NCBI RefSeq assembly: GCF_009914755.1
Contig: NC_060939.1
Source of the DNA: the human T2T-CHM13v2.0 reference genome, Homo sapiens
DNA: 64,000 nt
Direction: 5' to 3' (one strand)
Position numbers and translations under genes: made by a program. Each line of letters starts with the position of its first letter. Within the stretch, counting starts at the first letter, position 1. The notes beneath the pieces were generated by a model. It did not search any database. It was not told the origin of the DNA and was given only the letters and a program-made list of their open reading frames with translations. Below, piece after piece: positions 39,476 to 53,836 of the stretch.

Positions 39476-41384
39476 ATTTTTAAAGGCTTGGAACCTTTTC
39501 TCTATATTAAATTGTCACCCAAATCCATTACATGAAACTTATCAAAAAGAATCTATTTTCCTGCTTCCTCTCAGCCCTGTAACTAGCCTTCAGGACTCTG
39601 AGGAGCATGACTTGCAAACCTTTGCCTTCTGTAGGGAGACTTCCGAGGGACCTGAGTCCTCCATCTACCACCAAATGCGGTCCCAGACTCTCAGGTCAGA
39701 TGTCAATCTGATCAGGTGGGAGGTTGAACCAGGAGACCCCAAGGGCCTCTGATTCTGGGCCCCATCACCCCGGGGCTCAAGACAACACACACAGGACACA
39801 TTGGAAGTTGTGAGAATGTATAGCTGTGAGCCCAGCCAATGTAGGCAATGCTGTCTATGGCTCTGGAAAGCCTCTTGTGCTGCTTCTCATTGGTGCTACT
39901 TGTGCCTCTTGACCTTCTGGAGTGATTCTTTCTGTTTCTAGTGCAAATGGAGAACCTGGAGAATTATTGCCTAGTAAGCAATCAGAAAAGAAACCAGGGT
40001 TCAGAAATAGCTTAGTGCTTCCAAAGATAGTGGGAAAAAAAATCCCAGTCAGGCAAGTAGCTCAAGGTCAGGATGTGGGCATCTAGCATTTCTTGCTGCA
40101 GGGATGGAGGCCTGTAGAGTCAGGAAGGTTTTGCATGCTCAGTGGTGGCTTTAGTGATGCTGGTACTGTTAAAGCTGGGACCTTTGCTATAGGCTTATAA
40201 AAAGCAGATTTCCTGGCTTCTGAAAATACACCTGCTGTAGGATGTAGGAACCTAATTCAGTATAGAAAAGAGCATTCTCTGAAATCAGCAACCAGAAGTC
40301 AGAACACTATGGGGACAGGGTTTTAGGAACAGTCTAATATATGTCCCCCGAAGTTTGCTGGTTTTAATCTAGAGCCAATGCAAATGTTGGGAAGGTGGGA
40401 AGCCAGTTCCAGGAGTCTGCACCAGCAGGTTCTAAAGGGACTGTGTTTTAGTGGCTGTGAAGAGGATGGGGGCCAATGCTTGCCCCATCTTTCTTAGGTG
40501 TAGCCCTTCATGAGGATATAAGAAAACCCTGTGGTTTCTGAGGCTCCACGTGCAGGAGGATGAAGTTGGAGGCAGGGGTCCATGTGGATTCCAGGCAAAA
40601 TAAGGGGACACCTAACCAGGGGGTGTATTTGAAATATGGGGACCTGGGGGAAGCTGCTGCTCCTCCAGAAAGCCTCAGTAAAGAGTGCCCAGGGAAAACC
40701 AGACATTGCCTGTAGATAATCATGTGCATCTCCCAGTGGAGACCACCATACAGCAGAGGCCCCCAGCCTCAAATGGAAACAACCTGAGCAGAGCTGGGAT
40801 GAGACTGCAGCAAGGGAGGGCCCAGGGTACAACATTCCAGGAGAGGCTCACTCCCAGGACTGGACAAGTGCTTGCACTTGTGCCCCCTTGGTCCTGGCCC
40901 TGGGAACCAGAGATTTCTGCCTCTCCCACTCTTCTGCCTGCTCCAGCACAGGGTTGGAGCCTCAGGGAGGAAGATTGGGCCTTGATAGACAACCCATTTC
41001 TCTCCTCCATCTTCTTGGAGCCACAGTTCTGGTATATGTAGATTTGAGCTTTAAATTGGATCTGAGCGTGAACTTTCTTGGACTATATATTAATAACAGA
41101 AAGGGTCTGAATAATAGTAGAATTGGACTAAGACATGATCAAAGGATTCACAGGAGTCACTATCAAATAAAAAATTTGAGAGGATTGATATTACATGGCT
41201 GAAAAGTTGACATTACAAAAAGCAAGTTTATATAAAAAGTTATTAAGGCTCTTCAAGAAAGTGGTTGCATATGACAGTGCTTCTGAAGAGGCAGGAAGAA
41301 GAAGGCATAGTAGAAAAGAGGTCAAGGAGGGAGACTTTCTGTTTTCCTCTCCTTAAAGTTAGTGGTCCTGTGGAGAAATTGAAT

Positions 41385-41600
41385 ATTCAACAGGCCTAGG
41401 TTTCTATCCTGGCTTCATTTACCTATAGCTGTGGAATTTGGATGAAGTGCTCAAGCCTTTGCTTCATAACTTGGAAGTAGCGCTAAGAATCCCTATTCCC
41501 ACTCTATAGTACCGTTGTGAGCATAAAATGACATAGGATACATAATGCACTTGGCATTATGCTTAGCACCTAGAAGATGGACAACGCATGTTAGCTCTTT
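41385..41600 (+). mobile_element. MIR
   Basis: 'cctaggtttctatcctggcttcatttacctatagctgtggaatttgg'. Confidence 0.75.
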
Positions 41601-44600
41601 CCCTTGTCCTGGCCCCTATTTCAATGAAGAATGGAACTTTTCAGAGTACACATATGAGTGTTGTATGTGTTGGGTGTGTGTACTGGAGAGAAAACTGTCT
41701 GAGAGGTAATTCTGGAAAATATGGGACTGGGTGAGGAGGAACTCTAAATTTACGAAGAACACAACATGCTTCCAGTCTGTGTAGGAAAATAATCTGTTTC
41801 AAGAAACGTTTGAGCTGAGTGCTTAGGTTTAAGTGTCACTGAAACTATGAAAGCCCTGTGAAGCCTTACAAAAGTCATGTTGGGCACATAAAAGACATGC
41901 TACTTTCTTCAGTGGGTAGCAAATCTATGGACCTTAAGAATGGTATATGTGTGAAACTAATAAATAGCTTTCAAGATATATGGGCATAACCACAGAGGTT
42001 AGAATTGGAGCTGCTTTTTTTTTTTTTCAAGCTCGTTCTTAAGGAAATTTGTGATACATAGAGTAGAAATAATATCTTAGGAAGTTGACATCATGGAGGT
42101 CAACCTCATTTTCCTACCAGGTAGCTGTCAGGGAGATTGTCAAATCCTGGGCCCAGTGTCCCAAGGGAATTGTCCTTTATGATATTTTTGAAAATGTTCA
42201 TGTGTATAACAAAATTCTAGATTTTCTCTGTGCTTTCCCGATTTCTGGAGGAAAACATTTCCTGCACTGAAACAGTTGCTTTTTGCCCAATCATTTTGTT
42301 TACATGAATAAAGAAATTAATTTATCTTGAGGTTTAGATTTGGAATTATCCCATATTTACCTCTGTCAACATTTTCATGGGAGGGAAGAGTAGTTACTAT
42401 ATTGGTCTTTCTTGGAAATCGAACACTCTTCTCATTATCATAATACTGGTATTTATGCTCTGGTATCAATGGATTTTTTTTTTGCAGTAGAAATTTCCTT
42501 TTAAAGGTCTTTGTTCAGACATTTAAAATCCAGCCATAAATATTTCTCTGAAACTGGGCAGGGGAGGTTTAAATTATAGTCCTTTGAAAAAAAAAAGAGA
42601 AGTAAAAAATTCCCCCCATCATATTGGAACACCGAAATGAGAGCACATTAGAAATGTATTTTAGGAAAAAAATAAAATATTCATATCAAATAAGGTTTTT
42701 GGTCATTTTTCAAAGTAAAGAAATGTGAGATACACATATTACCTCAGACCTAGTTGCAAAATGCATCAAATGTACTATTTATTAAATGTACTATTTCATA
42801 TTTCATGAAATTAATAATTTTATGTTTTAATCTATCCAGTATTTCCTGGTTTACCAACACTTTACTTACATCATAATGAGTGAAGATAGGTATATTTTAT
42901 GTAGGTATGTATGTGCAGTGAATTCACATCAAACTCAAAATCGGAAAAACAGGGGATCTAATAAATGCATGAGTGATATCAAAAGCACTCTCTGTACTAT
43001 TTCTTTCCTAGATATGATTGGCAGTAGGACCTCTTGACTTAGTACATAAACACAGGTTATGGGGAAGAAAAGTGCTGGCATTTTACACAGTTTATCTTCC
43101 ATTACTGTATTTAATTTTTGAAAGGACATTGGAATCCTTTGGGAATTCTATCACAGCCTGAAATTCTGCTACCAATTACACATTTTATTTCTAGTTGATT
43201 TAGTGATAAAATTTAATATGCCTTAAAATAATATTGGAAACTTGCAAGGAGAAGCACCCCTTCATAAATAGAAGAGATATATCCCTGAAAGAGTACGTTT
43301 ACATCTTTAACTCTTTACAAACACCATTATTATGGTAACTAGATTATATTTGCTATCCTAGAATGTACTAGCAATGTAATTCCAGAGGGCAGGGTTGGAG
43401 AGACTCTCCTAGGATTGAAGGGTTTGTGCCTGGGTGAGAGGTCATGATGGCTGGAGTAGGAGAAGCAGACTGGTATAGGTGGTAGCTGGGGAGAGAGGAC
43501 TCTTCTAATGTGTACCTCAGTCTAAAAAGCTTGGAGCCAGTGGGGTTTTCCATGGTCCTACTCAGTAAAGATCTTCCTCCAATCATACATTCATACACAC
43601 CTTGTGCTTCCAATGTTGGGTACCCCTAGATAAAGAGTAACATGGAAAGGAATGTTTGCAAACATTCATCCATCTACTTGGCTCAGTGAGGTTAAGGACG
43701 AAAATACTCCATGTGCAAGTGGACGTTTTTCCAACTGCCAATGAAAACTTCATTCCAGAGCAGACCAAAACACATCAGGGTTCATAACATGGATTTCTCA
43801 GCGTTTTTCACTGACTTCTTGGAAATTTTCTCCCTAGTAACCCCAAATGTGTTTCTTTTAACTTCTGTAAGGTTGAACTGAAAACTTTCTTGCACTCTCT
43901 TCAAACTCCAAACTCTTTTTCAAATAAATGCCAACACTAACGATCAGTTGTCAAAAGCAAATGGGCATAAACATGTAGATTCCATGATGGGGTTTAGGCA
44001 TCATACTTTTAAAGGACAACAGGCCTTCTGTAGATGCTGTGTCTTATTTAGGCACCGGCATCTTGACTCTGGCTTTGTTCTTCTAGTTTTTAGTTTGATA
44101 AAAATTTACCAGAAAATAAACTATTCAAACATCTGACTAGGTCAACTAGAAAGTATAGCGGATGAACTGTAGAAGACAACACTCAAGAATTTATGACATT
44201 TCAGCCTTATTGTAACTTTCCAATTGTTTTAAACACAGTCAATGACTGAAGGCAGGCAGGTTAGTATGCTCAGTTGCTCGTGGTATAATAATTAGAGATG
44301 AGGCAGCCACTCTACTGGCCTATAGGAAGACTGTTTCCTACATCTCTTCGATATAATTATCTCACATTTCATAGACTGTAGTCTTTTCATCAGTGCAAGC
44401 CTGGTAATCCTGGTTATAACTCACTGGAGCCTTTTCAAGCAGGAAGGGTGTACTTTAGTGGAAGGATGATTTACTAAGACGATGGTTTAAATCCTATTAT
44501 GATTACTGGACTCCGATCTTTCTGAAATGCTCATAGCAATGAACTCTTCAAGAATCAACACCTTGGGTCATCAGAAAGTGTGTTCTACCCAAAAGTCTCT

Positions 44601-44934
44601 CATGGACTTTAAACAACAGACATATTAGTTTGCTGAACAGTCTATCAAAATGTCATATGGGCTCTCCTTTTAATAAATTAAAGTTACTATTTGTTTCTTT
44701 TGTGGACTTCTCACTGGGCATTGACTGGAGACCAAGCTGTAGAAACAGAGATGGCCTGCTATCAAATGATCATGCAGATTTGCACTGTGAAATCTCTACC
44801 AGAAACAGTGCCTGCAGAAATGACCTCTCAAAAGGCTATTAATCTAAAATATTGTAAAGCATAGTTGTATTTAGCTGCTATTCTTTTCAATTTATATTTA
44901 ATGAGAATTTACTTCTCACCTTAATAAATAGAAT

Positions 44935-45112
44935 TCAAAATTCATTAGCATAATAGAGACTCTTAACAGTCCTGCAGCGAAGAAATCTATTAAATTCTGT
45001 TTATCCCAGTGCTTTCCAATGTTATTGACTAGGGAAGACTTTTAGTACATTTGACTCATATTTAGATTTTAAAGAGATGGATGTTCCACAAAACACAATG
45101 TGGTAAGTACCA
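44935..45112. mobile_element. hAT-Charlie MITE (Charlie4z-like)
   Basis: 'agtcctgcagcgaagaaatctattaaattctgtttatcccagtgctttcc'. Confidence 0.55.
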
Positions 45113-45444
45113 GTCTAAAGTGATTATTAATTTAAAAAAGTGTCCAATGCCTTCCATCTGAATGTTGTGATACCACTTTTAGCTAAAGTTGAAATCTTAA
45201 TGAACAGTATACAAATAATTGCACTACAAATCTTCACCAGAACCTTCTAACTTTAAAATTTGGCTCCTACAAAAAACACAAATGAAATAATGTTTAGACA
45301 AGGCATGTCTCTATGTATTCTGGTTTATATCTTGGATAGATTGAACATTTATATCACTGCACTGTGTTTAATAAATGTGTAGATTGGTATGGGCTAGGCA
45401 AATCTAGAACTATATAAATATCAATTACTTAATCTTAATAATAA

Positions 45445-45605
45445 TACAATGAGATAAATACTCTCCTAATTTTATAGATGAGGAGCTAAAATATAGAGAG
45501 GTTAAATAATTCATCCAAGTCAATGTGGTAAGTGATAAAGCTGGGTTTTGACCCCATGCAGCTGAAAAACAGAGTACATGTTCCTCCCCACTAAGCTGTA
45601 CTGGT
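45445..45605 (-). mobile_element. MIR
   Basis: 'aattttatagatgaggagctaaaatatagagaggttaaataattcatccaagtc'. Confidence 0.8.
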
Positions 45606-45924
45606 GCTCTTGAGCATTTTCCCCAGATTGATAATGTTCCCACACAGCTCTTCCTCTCTCATACATTCATATTAATCTGGATCTCTGTGATTGGGAGCAG
45701 CAAGTCAGCAGTCTTCCAGCAGAAGAGGAAGGAAGTCAGTGAGGTGAACTCAGCATAAGCCTCACACCTTTCATCTTGCTGAAGTTGAATTCTAATATTA
45801 TGATGGTAACTTTTACCAATATTTCCTTTCTGATTTCCATCACTTTTTTCCTGGAGTTTAAATGTGGATTGTGTTCTGCCTCTTTATCCAATTAGCCAGA
45901 GAGGAAGAAAGGCCGAGTAGTTGG

Positions 45925-46078
45925 GAATAAGACTCAGTGAGCCAAGTTCTAATTCTTGGTCTGCCACTAGTAAGGTGGATGACGTAAGACAAGCCACTTA
46001 TCCTGTCTGAGCATCAGTTCTCTCATCTGTAATATAAGAAAGTTGAGCTAAGTAGCTTTCAAGACCTGCTCCAACTTA
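45925..46078 (+). mobile_element. MIR/MIR3
   Basis: 'aagttctaattcttggtctgccactag...ctgagcatcagttctctcatctgtaa'. Confidence 0.8.
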
Positions 46079-46194
46079 TAATTATATACATAGCATGTAC
46101 AGTCAAACTGTTTTTTTTTTTTTCATTAAAGATGATGAGAACTAGAAAGTCACTGAGCAATGTGGCTTTTCCTGTAAGTTTGTGCTCCTTGGAG

Positions 46195-47004
46195 TGTGTA
46201 TAGGGAAAAATTCTCATTTCCTTTTTATTCACATACAAAACTTCTGGCCAGCAATTGGGTAGGATTTTTTTCCCCCCGCACCAACCAGTTCTCCAACACC
46301 AGCTGGGTATCCTAAAAATTAACTCAATTCTGACACTAACTGCCCAGTGTTAGCACAGAGCCCACTGTTTAAGGAGTTAGTCCTACAAGGCTGCCCCCAC
46401 TTCAGATGCCAATTGAAAGTGGTGAGTTCCCAGGTTACCCACAACTTCTGCTGGATGTGACTACAAAATATCTGCTTTCACAACCTCCCCTCAGGTTTTC
46501 TCATTCACTAGACCAGCTTACAGAACTCAGTAAAGCAGTTTGCTTACTAGATTATTGGTTTATTATAAAAGGATACAGCTAAGAAACAGCCAGATGGAAG
46601 CTATGTATAGGACAAGGTATGGGGGAAGGCGCATGGAGCTTCCATGTCCTCTCTAAGCATGCCACCCTGCCAATACCTGTCCGTATTCAGCAACCCAGAA
46701 GCTCTCCCAACCCCATAGTTCAAGAATTTTCATGGAGGCTTCATCATATGGGTATGATCACTTATAAATGCAATCTCTTCTCCACTTTCTGGAGGATGGG
46801 GGTTGAGGCTGAAAGTTCCAGGCTTCCAATTATGGTCTGGTCCTTCTGGTGATCAACTCCCATCCAGGAGCCCACCAAGAGTCACCTCATTAGAGCAAAA
46901 GATGCGTCCAGTACCCCCTTTCTGTTTCTCAAGAAATTATGAGAGCTTTAGGAGTTCTGTGCCATATATTCATTTGCGTGTGTGTGTGTATGGATAATGT
47001 CACA
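46195..47004 (-). mobile_element. MER21 (B/C-like) ERV solo LTR
   Basis: 'caccagctgggtatcct...caattctgacact', 'ctgcccccacttcagatgccaat', 'gctgaaagttcc', 'ccaagagtcacctcattag'. Confidence 0.9.
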
Positions 47005-49119
47005 AGTAGATTGATGAATTACATGGTTAAGAAAATGCCCTCAATAGGGATACTGTGATTGGGAGGTGACTCTGAAGGTCCTTGCTCCCTCCCTTCTTGC
47101 AAATAAGCTTCTCCACAGTGTTGTAACTATTCAAGATAAATACACAATCTAGGATCATGCAAGTTAAATACAAATCTAGGATCCCCCCAAGTTGTGAGCC
47201 TATGAATAAAGAACTGTATCTTATTCATCACAATATTGCCAATAGTATTTAGCACAGTGTGCTGCACATAGTAGGATGCAACAATAATGGGTAAGTTAAA
47301 TTGAACTAAATTGGGAGATTTGCTTGATTAAGCATTTAGTTGGTGATGTCTATTGGGAAGCCAACAGTGTGGGCAGCACAAGCAGCCTGAGGGGTGACAT
47401 AAAAGAGGGGGTCCTGACTCTTGACATCCTTAGAGTTTGGTAGTCAATTTAATGAAGAGGATATTTATGTCTGATGCAATATTTACTGGACATGTGGTTT
47501 GCTCTCATTTTCTCATTAAAAAAAGTCCACCACAAAAGAAATCAAAATCTTGGTAAGGTTGTTGAAAGTTAAAGGAAAAACTATCACTCCAAATATGAAA
47601 TTAGGATGTTAGGGTGGAATATCGAAACGTTCCCATGGAATAGAGAGCTCAAGACACATGCCCCAGGGTATGACAGGATCTAGTCCCAGAATATTTCTAC
47701 TCTTCAAGGCAAACAACCCAAAATGATGTACTTCCTCCACCATCTGACATTAATGAGATTTAAGAGGCTATGACTTATTTAATAGCTCTCATAGTAACCA
47801 ATGAAAAACATCTGGCACCACCTACAGAGAAATAAAACCTTAGCTTCTTGGGCATAGTCCAATAGAACATTTAGTTTAGTCAAAACCTCTGAAAAAAAAA
47901 AATGAGATCAGATAATTTTGGAAATAGTGGAAGTATCTCTTTCAAATGAAGAGGAATTAAGTGTAAATCTACATTTTCTTACTGAAAATTGGAGTTTATT
48001 AGTATAATTCATCAAATTAGGAAGCAAAATTGATTAGAATTATTTGATTGAAACTACATTGATTAAGGAAGTAAACAAAAGCTACAAATCTAATCATGAA
48101 CAAACAGCATTCCACATGGGAACATGCTGGATTGGCATTTAGAAAATAGTTGATTTTTATAGCAGTTCTCATTTAATATCCAGAATTATGAAAATTAACT
48201 AAACTTTGACTTAAACATATAACACTTGATAAATGTATCTTAATAGTGTCTGAAGAATGCTAGTAGTTTCCTAGGAAAATAAAAATAGGTGAAGTGAAAG
48301 TAGAACAATAATCTTGGCCACTTGCTCAGTTTAGATATTTAATTTGAATAATTCAGGCAAGAATCATCCCACTGTGATATCAATAATGCTGTGATTCCCC
48401 CACAACACCCCCTGCCATGTGCAGATTTAGCCTTTATGGATGAAGGAATATGAAGCATTTGTTTTTAGAAAATAAAATGCTGCCCTTTTGCTCAAAACAT
48501 TTTCCCCTGGAGAGCCTCTACAGATCAAACATATTCTTTTTCACAATTGAACCAATCCTTGCAAAAGCTGTGACCACAGTTTTTGATTTATTTTGGCCTG
48601 TGATGAAAGGCAAGCACTTTCAAAACGATTCAACCAATGGCTCTCACTAGGGAGAGCACCCCGGGTGGAAACACAAAAAAAACATTTTGAAGAATGGTGC
48701 AAATATGTTCTCTGTTAAAATGCACTTTCTGTTGGGATTCTACCATTTGAAAACATTTGCAATGTCTTGCAGAATTTAAAAATATTTACAGTCATTTTGT
48801 GCCTAACCGTACTATACAGTCAGCTACTTTCTGGTCTTTGAAATCTACTTAGAGTCATATCTTCCAATTCAGGCTGGAAACTATTCTCATGCAGGCAGAG
48901 TTTTGCTCCTTTACTAACATCTATATAGCTATCATGTGCTGTCAGAGATTCTGTCCAAATGCATCCTTTATATGACCACTTGTGCTCCACCTTAGCCCAT
49001 GATAATAACACCTCGCTTAAACAACTGCAGAGGCTCAGAAAGGATCTTTCTACTTTCACAGTTTCCCTCCTCTAAAGTTTACCTTCCCATGAGAGCCAGG
49101 TTTTCAAACTTAAATAATT

Positions 49120-49630
49120 TCTCATTACTCTCCAACACTTTGCATCACACTTGCAATAAAACTCAAATTCCTCACAAATCCACGCCAAAGGGCATGATTT
49201 TGCCTCTGCCTCTCAGACCTCATTTCCACTCTCTTTGCTTACTCTGCTCTACATACTCTGGTCTTCTTTCTGTTTCTTGAAACATGCTAAGCAAGTTTCT
49301 GCCTCAACACCTTTTCTGCTCACTCAGCCTGGAGCCCTGTTTCACCAAGAATTCACCTGGCTCATGTCCTCACTTCCTTAGGTTTCTGCTCAATGACACC
49401 TCTTCAGAGAAGCGTTTCTCAACCTCCTTGCCACTCTCTAGTCCCTTATCCTGCTTTATTTTTTTCAAGCACATACCACTACTTGAGATACAATTTATTC
49501 ATCTGTTTTATTGTCTGTCTCCTAAACCAAGATAGAAACCCTTTGAAGGCAGGGACTTTATCTGTTCTGTTTATTACGATATTCACTTCACATAATAGGT
49601 TTTGAAAAAATGTTTTCAATGAATGAATTA
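49120..49630 (+). mobile_element. L2a 3' region
   Basis: 'tgtttcttgaaacatgctaagc', 'tgaaggcagggactttatctgttctgttt', terminal 'aatgaatgaat'. Confidence 0.85.
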
Positions 49631-49665
49631 ATGATTCTACCTCTAAGATTTCCTCAATGCTTGTA

Positions 49666-50020
49666 CAGATGGTCCCCAGTTTATGATGGTTGACCTTATT
49701 TTTTTTTATTTTATGGTGGTACCAAGTTGATACACATTTAGTAGAAATTGTGCATTGTGTACCCATACAACCATTCTGCTTTTCACTTGCAGTTCAGTAT
49801 TTGATACATTATGTGAGATATTCAATACTTTATTTTTAAATAGGTTTTTTCTTAGGTGATTTTGCCCAAGTGTAATCTAATGTAAATGTTCTGAGCACAT
49901 TTAAGGTAGGCTAGGCTAAGCTATGATGTTCGATAGGTAAGGTGTATTAAATGCATTTTGACTTACAATATTTCAAGGGTTTATCAGGATGTAATCTTAT
50001 TGTAAGTCAAGGAGCATCTG
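49666..50020 (-). mobile_element. MER47A (Tc1/mariner-Tigger MITE), complete
   Basis: TIRs cagatggtcc / ggagcatctg, TA duplication on both sides, 'gtaggctaggctaagctatgatgttcg'. Confidence 0.93.
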
Positions 50021-50463
50021 TATTAGTTTTCTAGGGCTGCCGTGACAAAATACCACAAACTGAGTGGCTTAAACGACAGAAATTTATTGTCTCATAATTC
50101 TGAAGGCTAGAAGTCCAAGACCAAGGTGTCAATAGGGTTGTTTTCTCCCAAGGGATGTCAGGAAATAATCTATTCCATGCTGTTCTCCCAGCTTCTGGGT
50201 ATTGACTGGCAATCTTTGGTGTCTCTTGGCTTGCAAGAGCATCACCCCTATCTATTCCTTCATGGTCACATGGCTTTCTCCCTGTGTGCATGTCTCTGTC
50301 CAAATTTCCCATTTTTATGAGGTTACCTCTCATATTGGATTAGGGCCCATTCTACTCCTGTGTGACCTCTTCTTAACTTAATTACATCTACAACAACTCT
50401 GTTTCCAAATAAGGTCAATTCTGAACTACTGGGTGTTAGGACTTTAATATATGAATATTGAAG

Positions 50464-51077
50464 GTCAGTATTCTCTAGAGAAACAGAACGAATAGGATAT
50501 ATACACACAGACACACACACACACATCCTCATATATATGTATGTATGAGGAGACTTATTATGTGAATTAGTTGATGTAATTATGGGGCCTAAGAAGTATA
50601 ATGATATGCCATCTGGAAGCTGGAGAGGCAGGAAATCCAAGAGTATAATTCAGCCTGAGCCTGAAGGCCTGAGAACTAGGAGAGCTGCTGGTATAACTCC
50701 CAGCCTGAAGCCAAAGGCCTGAGAACTGGAGTAGAGGTGGTGGTGGTGGTGGTATTAGTCCTGCAGGCCAAAGGCCAGAGAACCAGGGGCTCTGATGTCC
50801 AAGGTCAAGAGAAGATAGATGCCCCAGTGCCATTCCTCTGCCTTTTTGTTCTTTTTGTTTTGTTGCCATACATTTTACTTTTACATGCATTGGGTTCTCA
50901 ATGAATTGAATATGTTGCCCATATTGGTCAGAGCAGATCTTCTTTATTCAATCTACTGATGCAAATGCTAATCTCTTCCAGAAACACCCTTATAGATACA
51001 TCCAGAAATAATTGTTTTACCAGCTCTCTGAGCATCCCTTAGCTCAGGCAAATTGACACACAAAATTAACCATCACA
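50464..51077 (-). mobile_element. MLT2B-like ERVL solo LTR
   Basis: 'ttctctagagaaacagaacgaatagga' ... 'aaattgacacacaaaattaaccatcaca'. Confidence 0.92.
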
Positions 51078-52201
51078 AGGGGTTACAATTCAACCCCTAA
51101 TAATACCCCTAGTACTGTGATCTGGCATGAGACTCTAACTATCTGATAATTAACCCTTGCTTTGCAAATGAACTTTGCAGACAGTCTGTGGGTGAATTGG
51201 GGATTGTGCTTGTACTTTAGTGTCTCTAGCACCTCAGTTGTTGGAGACAATGATTGGTTTTTCTTCTGACAAGAGTTGTTTATCATCTATGGGGATGGAA
51301 TTACTCTGATCCAGCCTCACTCAGACACAAGGAGCCCTTTGAACAGGCATGTGCATTTATAAGATTGCTAGTCAATCAGTGACCATGGAAGGAAGCACTA
51401 AGAGTCTTCTGCAGATCTACAAGCTGAGGTTCTTTGGCACCAAATTTTAATAGCACAGTAATAGCTTATAATAGAGAGTATATTTGCCCATCTGGGGCTA
51501 ATTCACAAAAGGCATGTAGCACAATTGCATAGTGTGTATTAAGCACATGTGAGCTGTTATTTGCAGTTTACAAAGGGCCTTCACAGAAATTAATGTGTTT
51601 ATTCTAAGAAGTTGCTTGGGTGATCATTAATAACTTCATTTGTCACACAGATATGAGCTAGGTATGAGTGCCTTGGGGACAAACACTGAATCTTATTCAT
51701 GTTTTTAACTCTAGCATATGGTATTTAATAGAAAATTCTTAAATTGAGTAGATAGGTTTCAGTAGGTTAGCTAGTTAGCTAGTTAAAGATAGTGCCAGTA
51801 AGGTTATTCTTGGTCATTGTCTGACCATTTGCTTGTGTTCTGCTCCACAACTACTCCAACAATTCCAGTGATTTCTTTGAACAGTGTCTGGGTCATTGTA
51901 GGCACTTAAAAACTTGTTAAATAAATTAAATGAATAAGCACTTTTTAAAATAAAGAGGCAGCGTAAAGTGAAATTAGGTACATGAAACTACATAAATACA
52001 CCATGGATAATTTGGAAAGAGTTCAATATCATGTCCCAGAGATGGTGCATCACCTTCAGGGCAGTAAAAAGCTAGTAAAAGTCTAACTTTGTGAACTATG
52101 GAAAATAGCTGGAAAACTTTTTTTTTCACTCAACACAAACTTCTAATGGTCCAGAGATTTTAAGATGAGAACTGTGGATCTTTTCCAACCCCTTTATTTT
52201 A

Positions 52202-53786
52202 ACATATGCCATTATATTTTAACATGCCATTATATTTAACATATGACATTATACGGACTTCCTACTTTCTTAATCAATCTGGCAATCTCTTTCTTTTAAT
52301 TGGGTGTTCAGAGCATTTAAGTTTAGTGTAATTTTTAATATAGTTGGATTTAAATATATAATTTCTTTCTCTTCATTATTTCTTTGTTCCTGTCTGCTTT
52401 TGGATTACTATTTTTTATTTTGTTTTGTCTTCATTATTTATTTATTTATTTATTAGTTTTTCTTCTTATAAGTAGTGATTGCCTCGTAAGGTATACAATT
52501 GATAACTTTAATTTATCAAGTTCCACTTTTAAATAATGTTATACCAATTCTTGTATAGTGTAAGAGTCTTAAATTAGTATACTTTCAACACCCCCTCCCA
52601 ACTTTTGTGTTATTGTTGTCATATATTTAACTTACGTATGTTATAAACCTCACAATATATTGTTATTATTTTTGCTTTAGAACATCAATTAACTTTAAGA
52701 ATGATTAAAATAAGAAAAATCTTTTATATTTATCTTCAGTTTTTACCATCTAGAGCTTTTTATTTCTTTATATAGATTCAAGTTTCTGCCTGGCATCATT
52801 CCTTCTTCCTCAAGAACTTCTCTTACATTTTTCTTATAGTGCAGGTCTGCGTGCAATGAATTATCTCATATTTTATTTGTCATAAAAAGTCTTTATTTTT
52901 ATTTATGAAACCCTCATTTTTCAAAGGCATTTCCATGAAAGATGGTATTCTGGGTTGACAGTTGTTTTTTTTTTCTTTCAATACTTTAAAGATGTTATGT
53001 CATTGGCTTTATGGTTATATAACTTCTAATGAGTCTGCTGTAATTATGATTGCATCTCTGTATGTAATGTTCTTTTCTCTTTGACCATCTTCAAGATTTT
53101 CTCTTTATCTTTAATTTGCAACAGTTTGAATATGCATTTTTTTGTTGTTTTTATCTTGTTTTGGATTCTCTGGTCTTCTTGGATCTTTAGTTTAATATCT
53201 TAATTTTTGGAAAATTATCAGCCAAAAGTTCTCTTCACATATTTCTTCCACCCTGTTCTCTTTCTCTTCCTCTTCTGAGACTCCAGTTATAGATATGTTA
53301 GACTGTTTAATATTATTCACAACTCTTGGACTCTTTGTTCTGTCTTTTTCACTCAGTTCTCTCTCTGTGTTTCAGTTGGGCTATTTCCTACTCACCTGTC
53401 TTTAAGTTCATTGAGTTTTTCCTCAGTTATGTTCAGTCTACTGTAAGCCTGTTAATACAATTCTTCTTCTTTTTTTTTGTTTCTAGCATCTCTATTTCTC
53501 TTTCTTATGGTGACTCTGTTAAAATTCTCCCATATATTCATGTATATTTCCACTAGATTCTTTAAAATATTTATCCCAGTAATTTTAAACTTCTTTTATG
53601 ATCTAATATTTGGGTGATCTCTGAATTTGGTTCTGTTGATTTCTTTGTCATTCGACAATCAATTGCTTTTCTTGCCTTTTTATGTATCTCATCATTTTTT
53701 ATTAATTGGTATACATCATTGTAGAACAGTAGAGGCACAGGAAAATATATTTATGCCTGGAAATGGTCTCACCTCTTCTTCTTCCA

Positions 53787-53836
<50 letters not shown>

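Larger units (their letters stand above)
49662..51102 (-). mobile_element. MLT1B/C-like MaLR LTR split by MER47A and MLT2 (pieces 49662-49665, 50021-50463, 51078-51102)
   Basis: 'tattagttttctagggctgccgtgacaaaataccacaaactg' ... 'caattcaacccctaata'. Confidence 0.88.
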
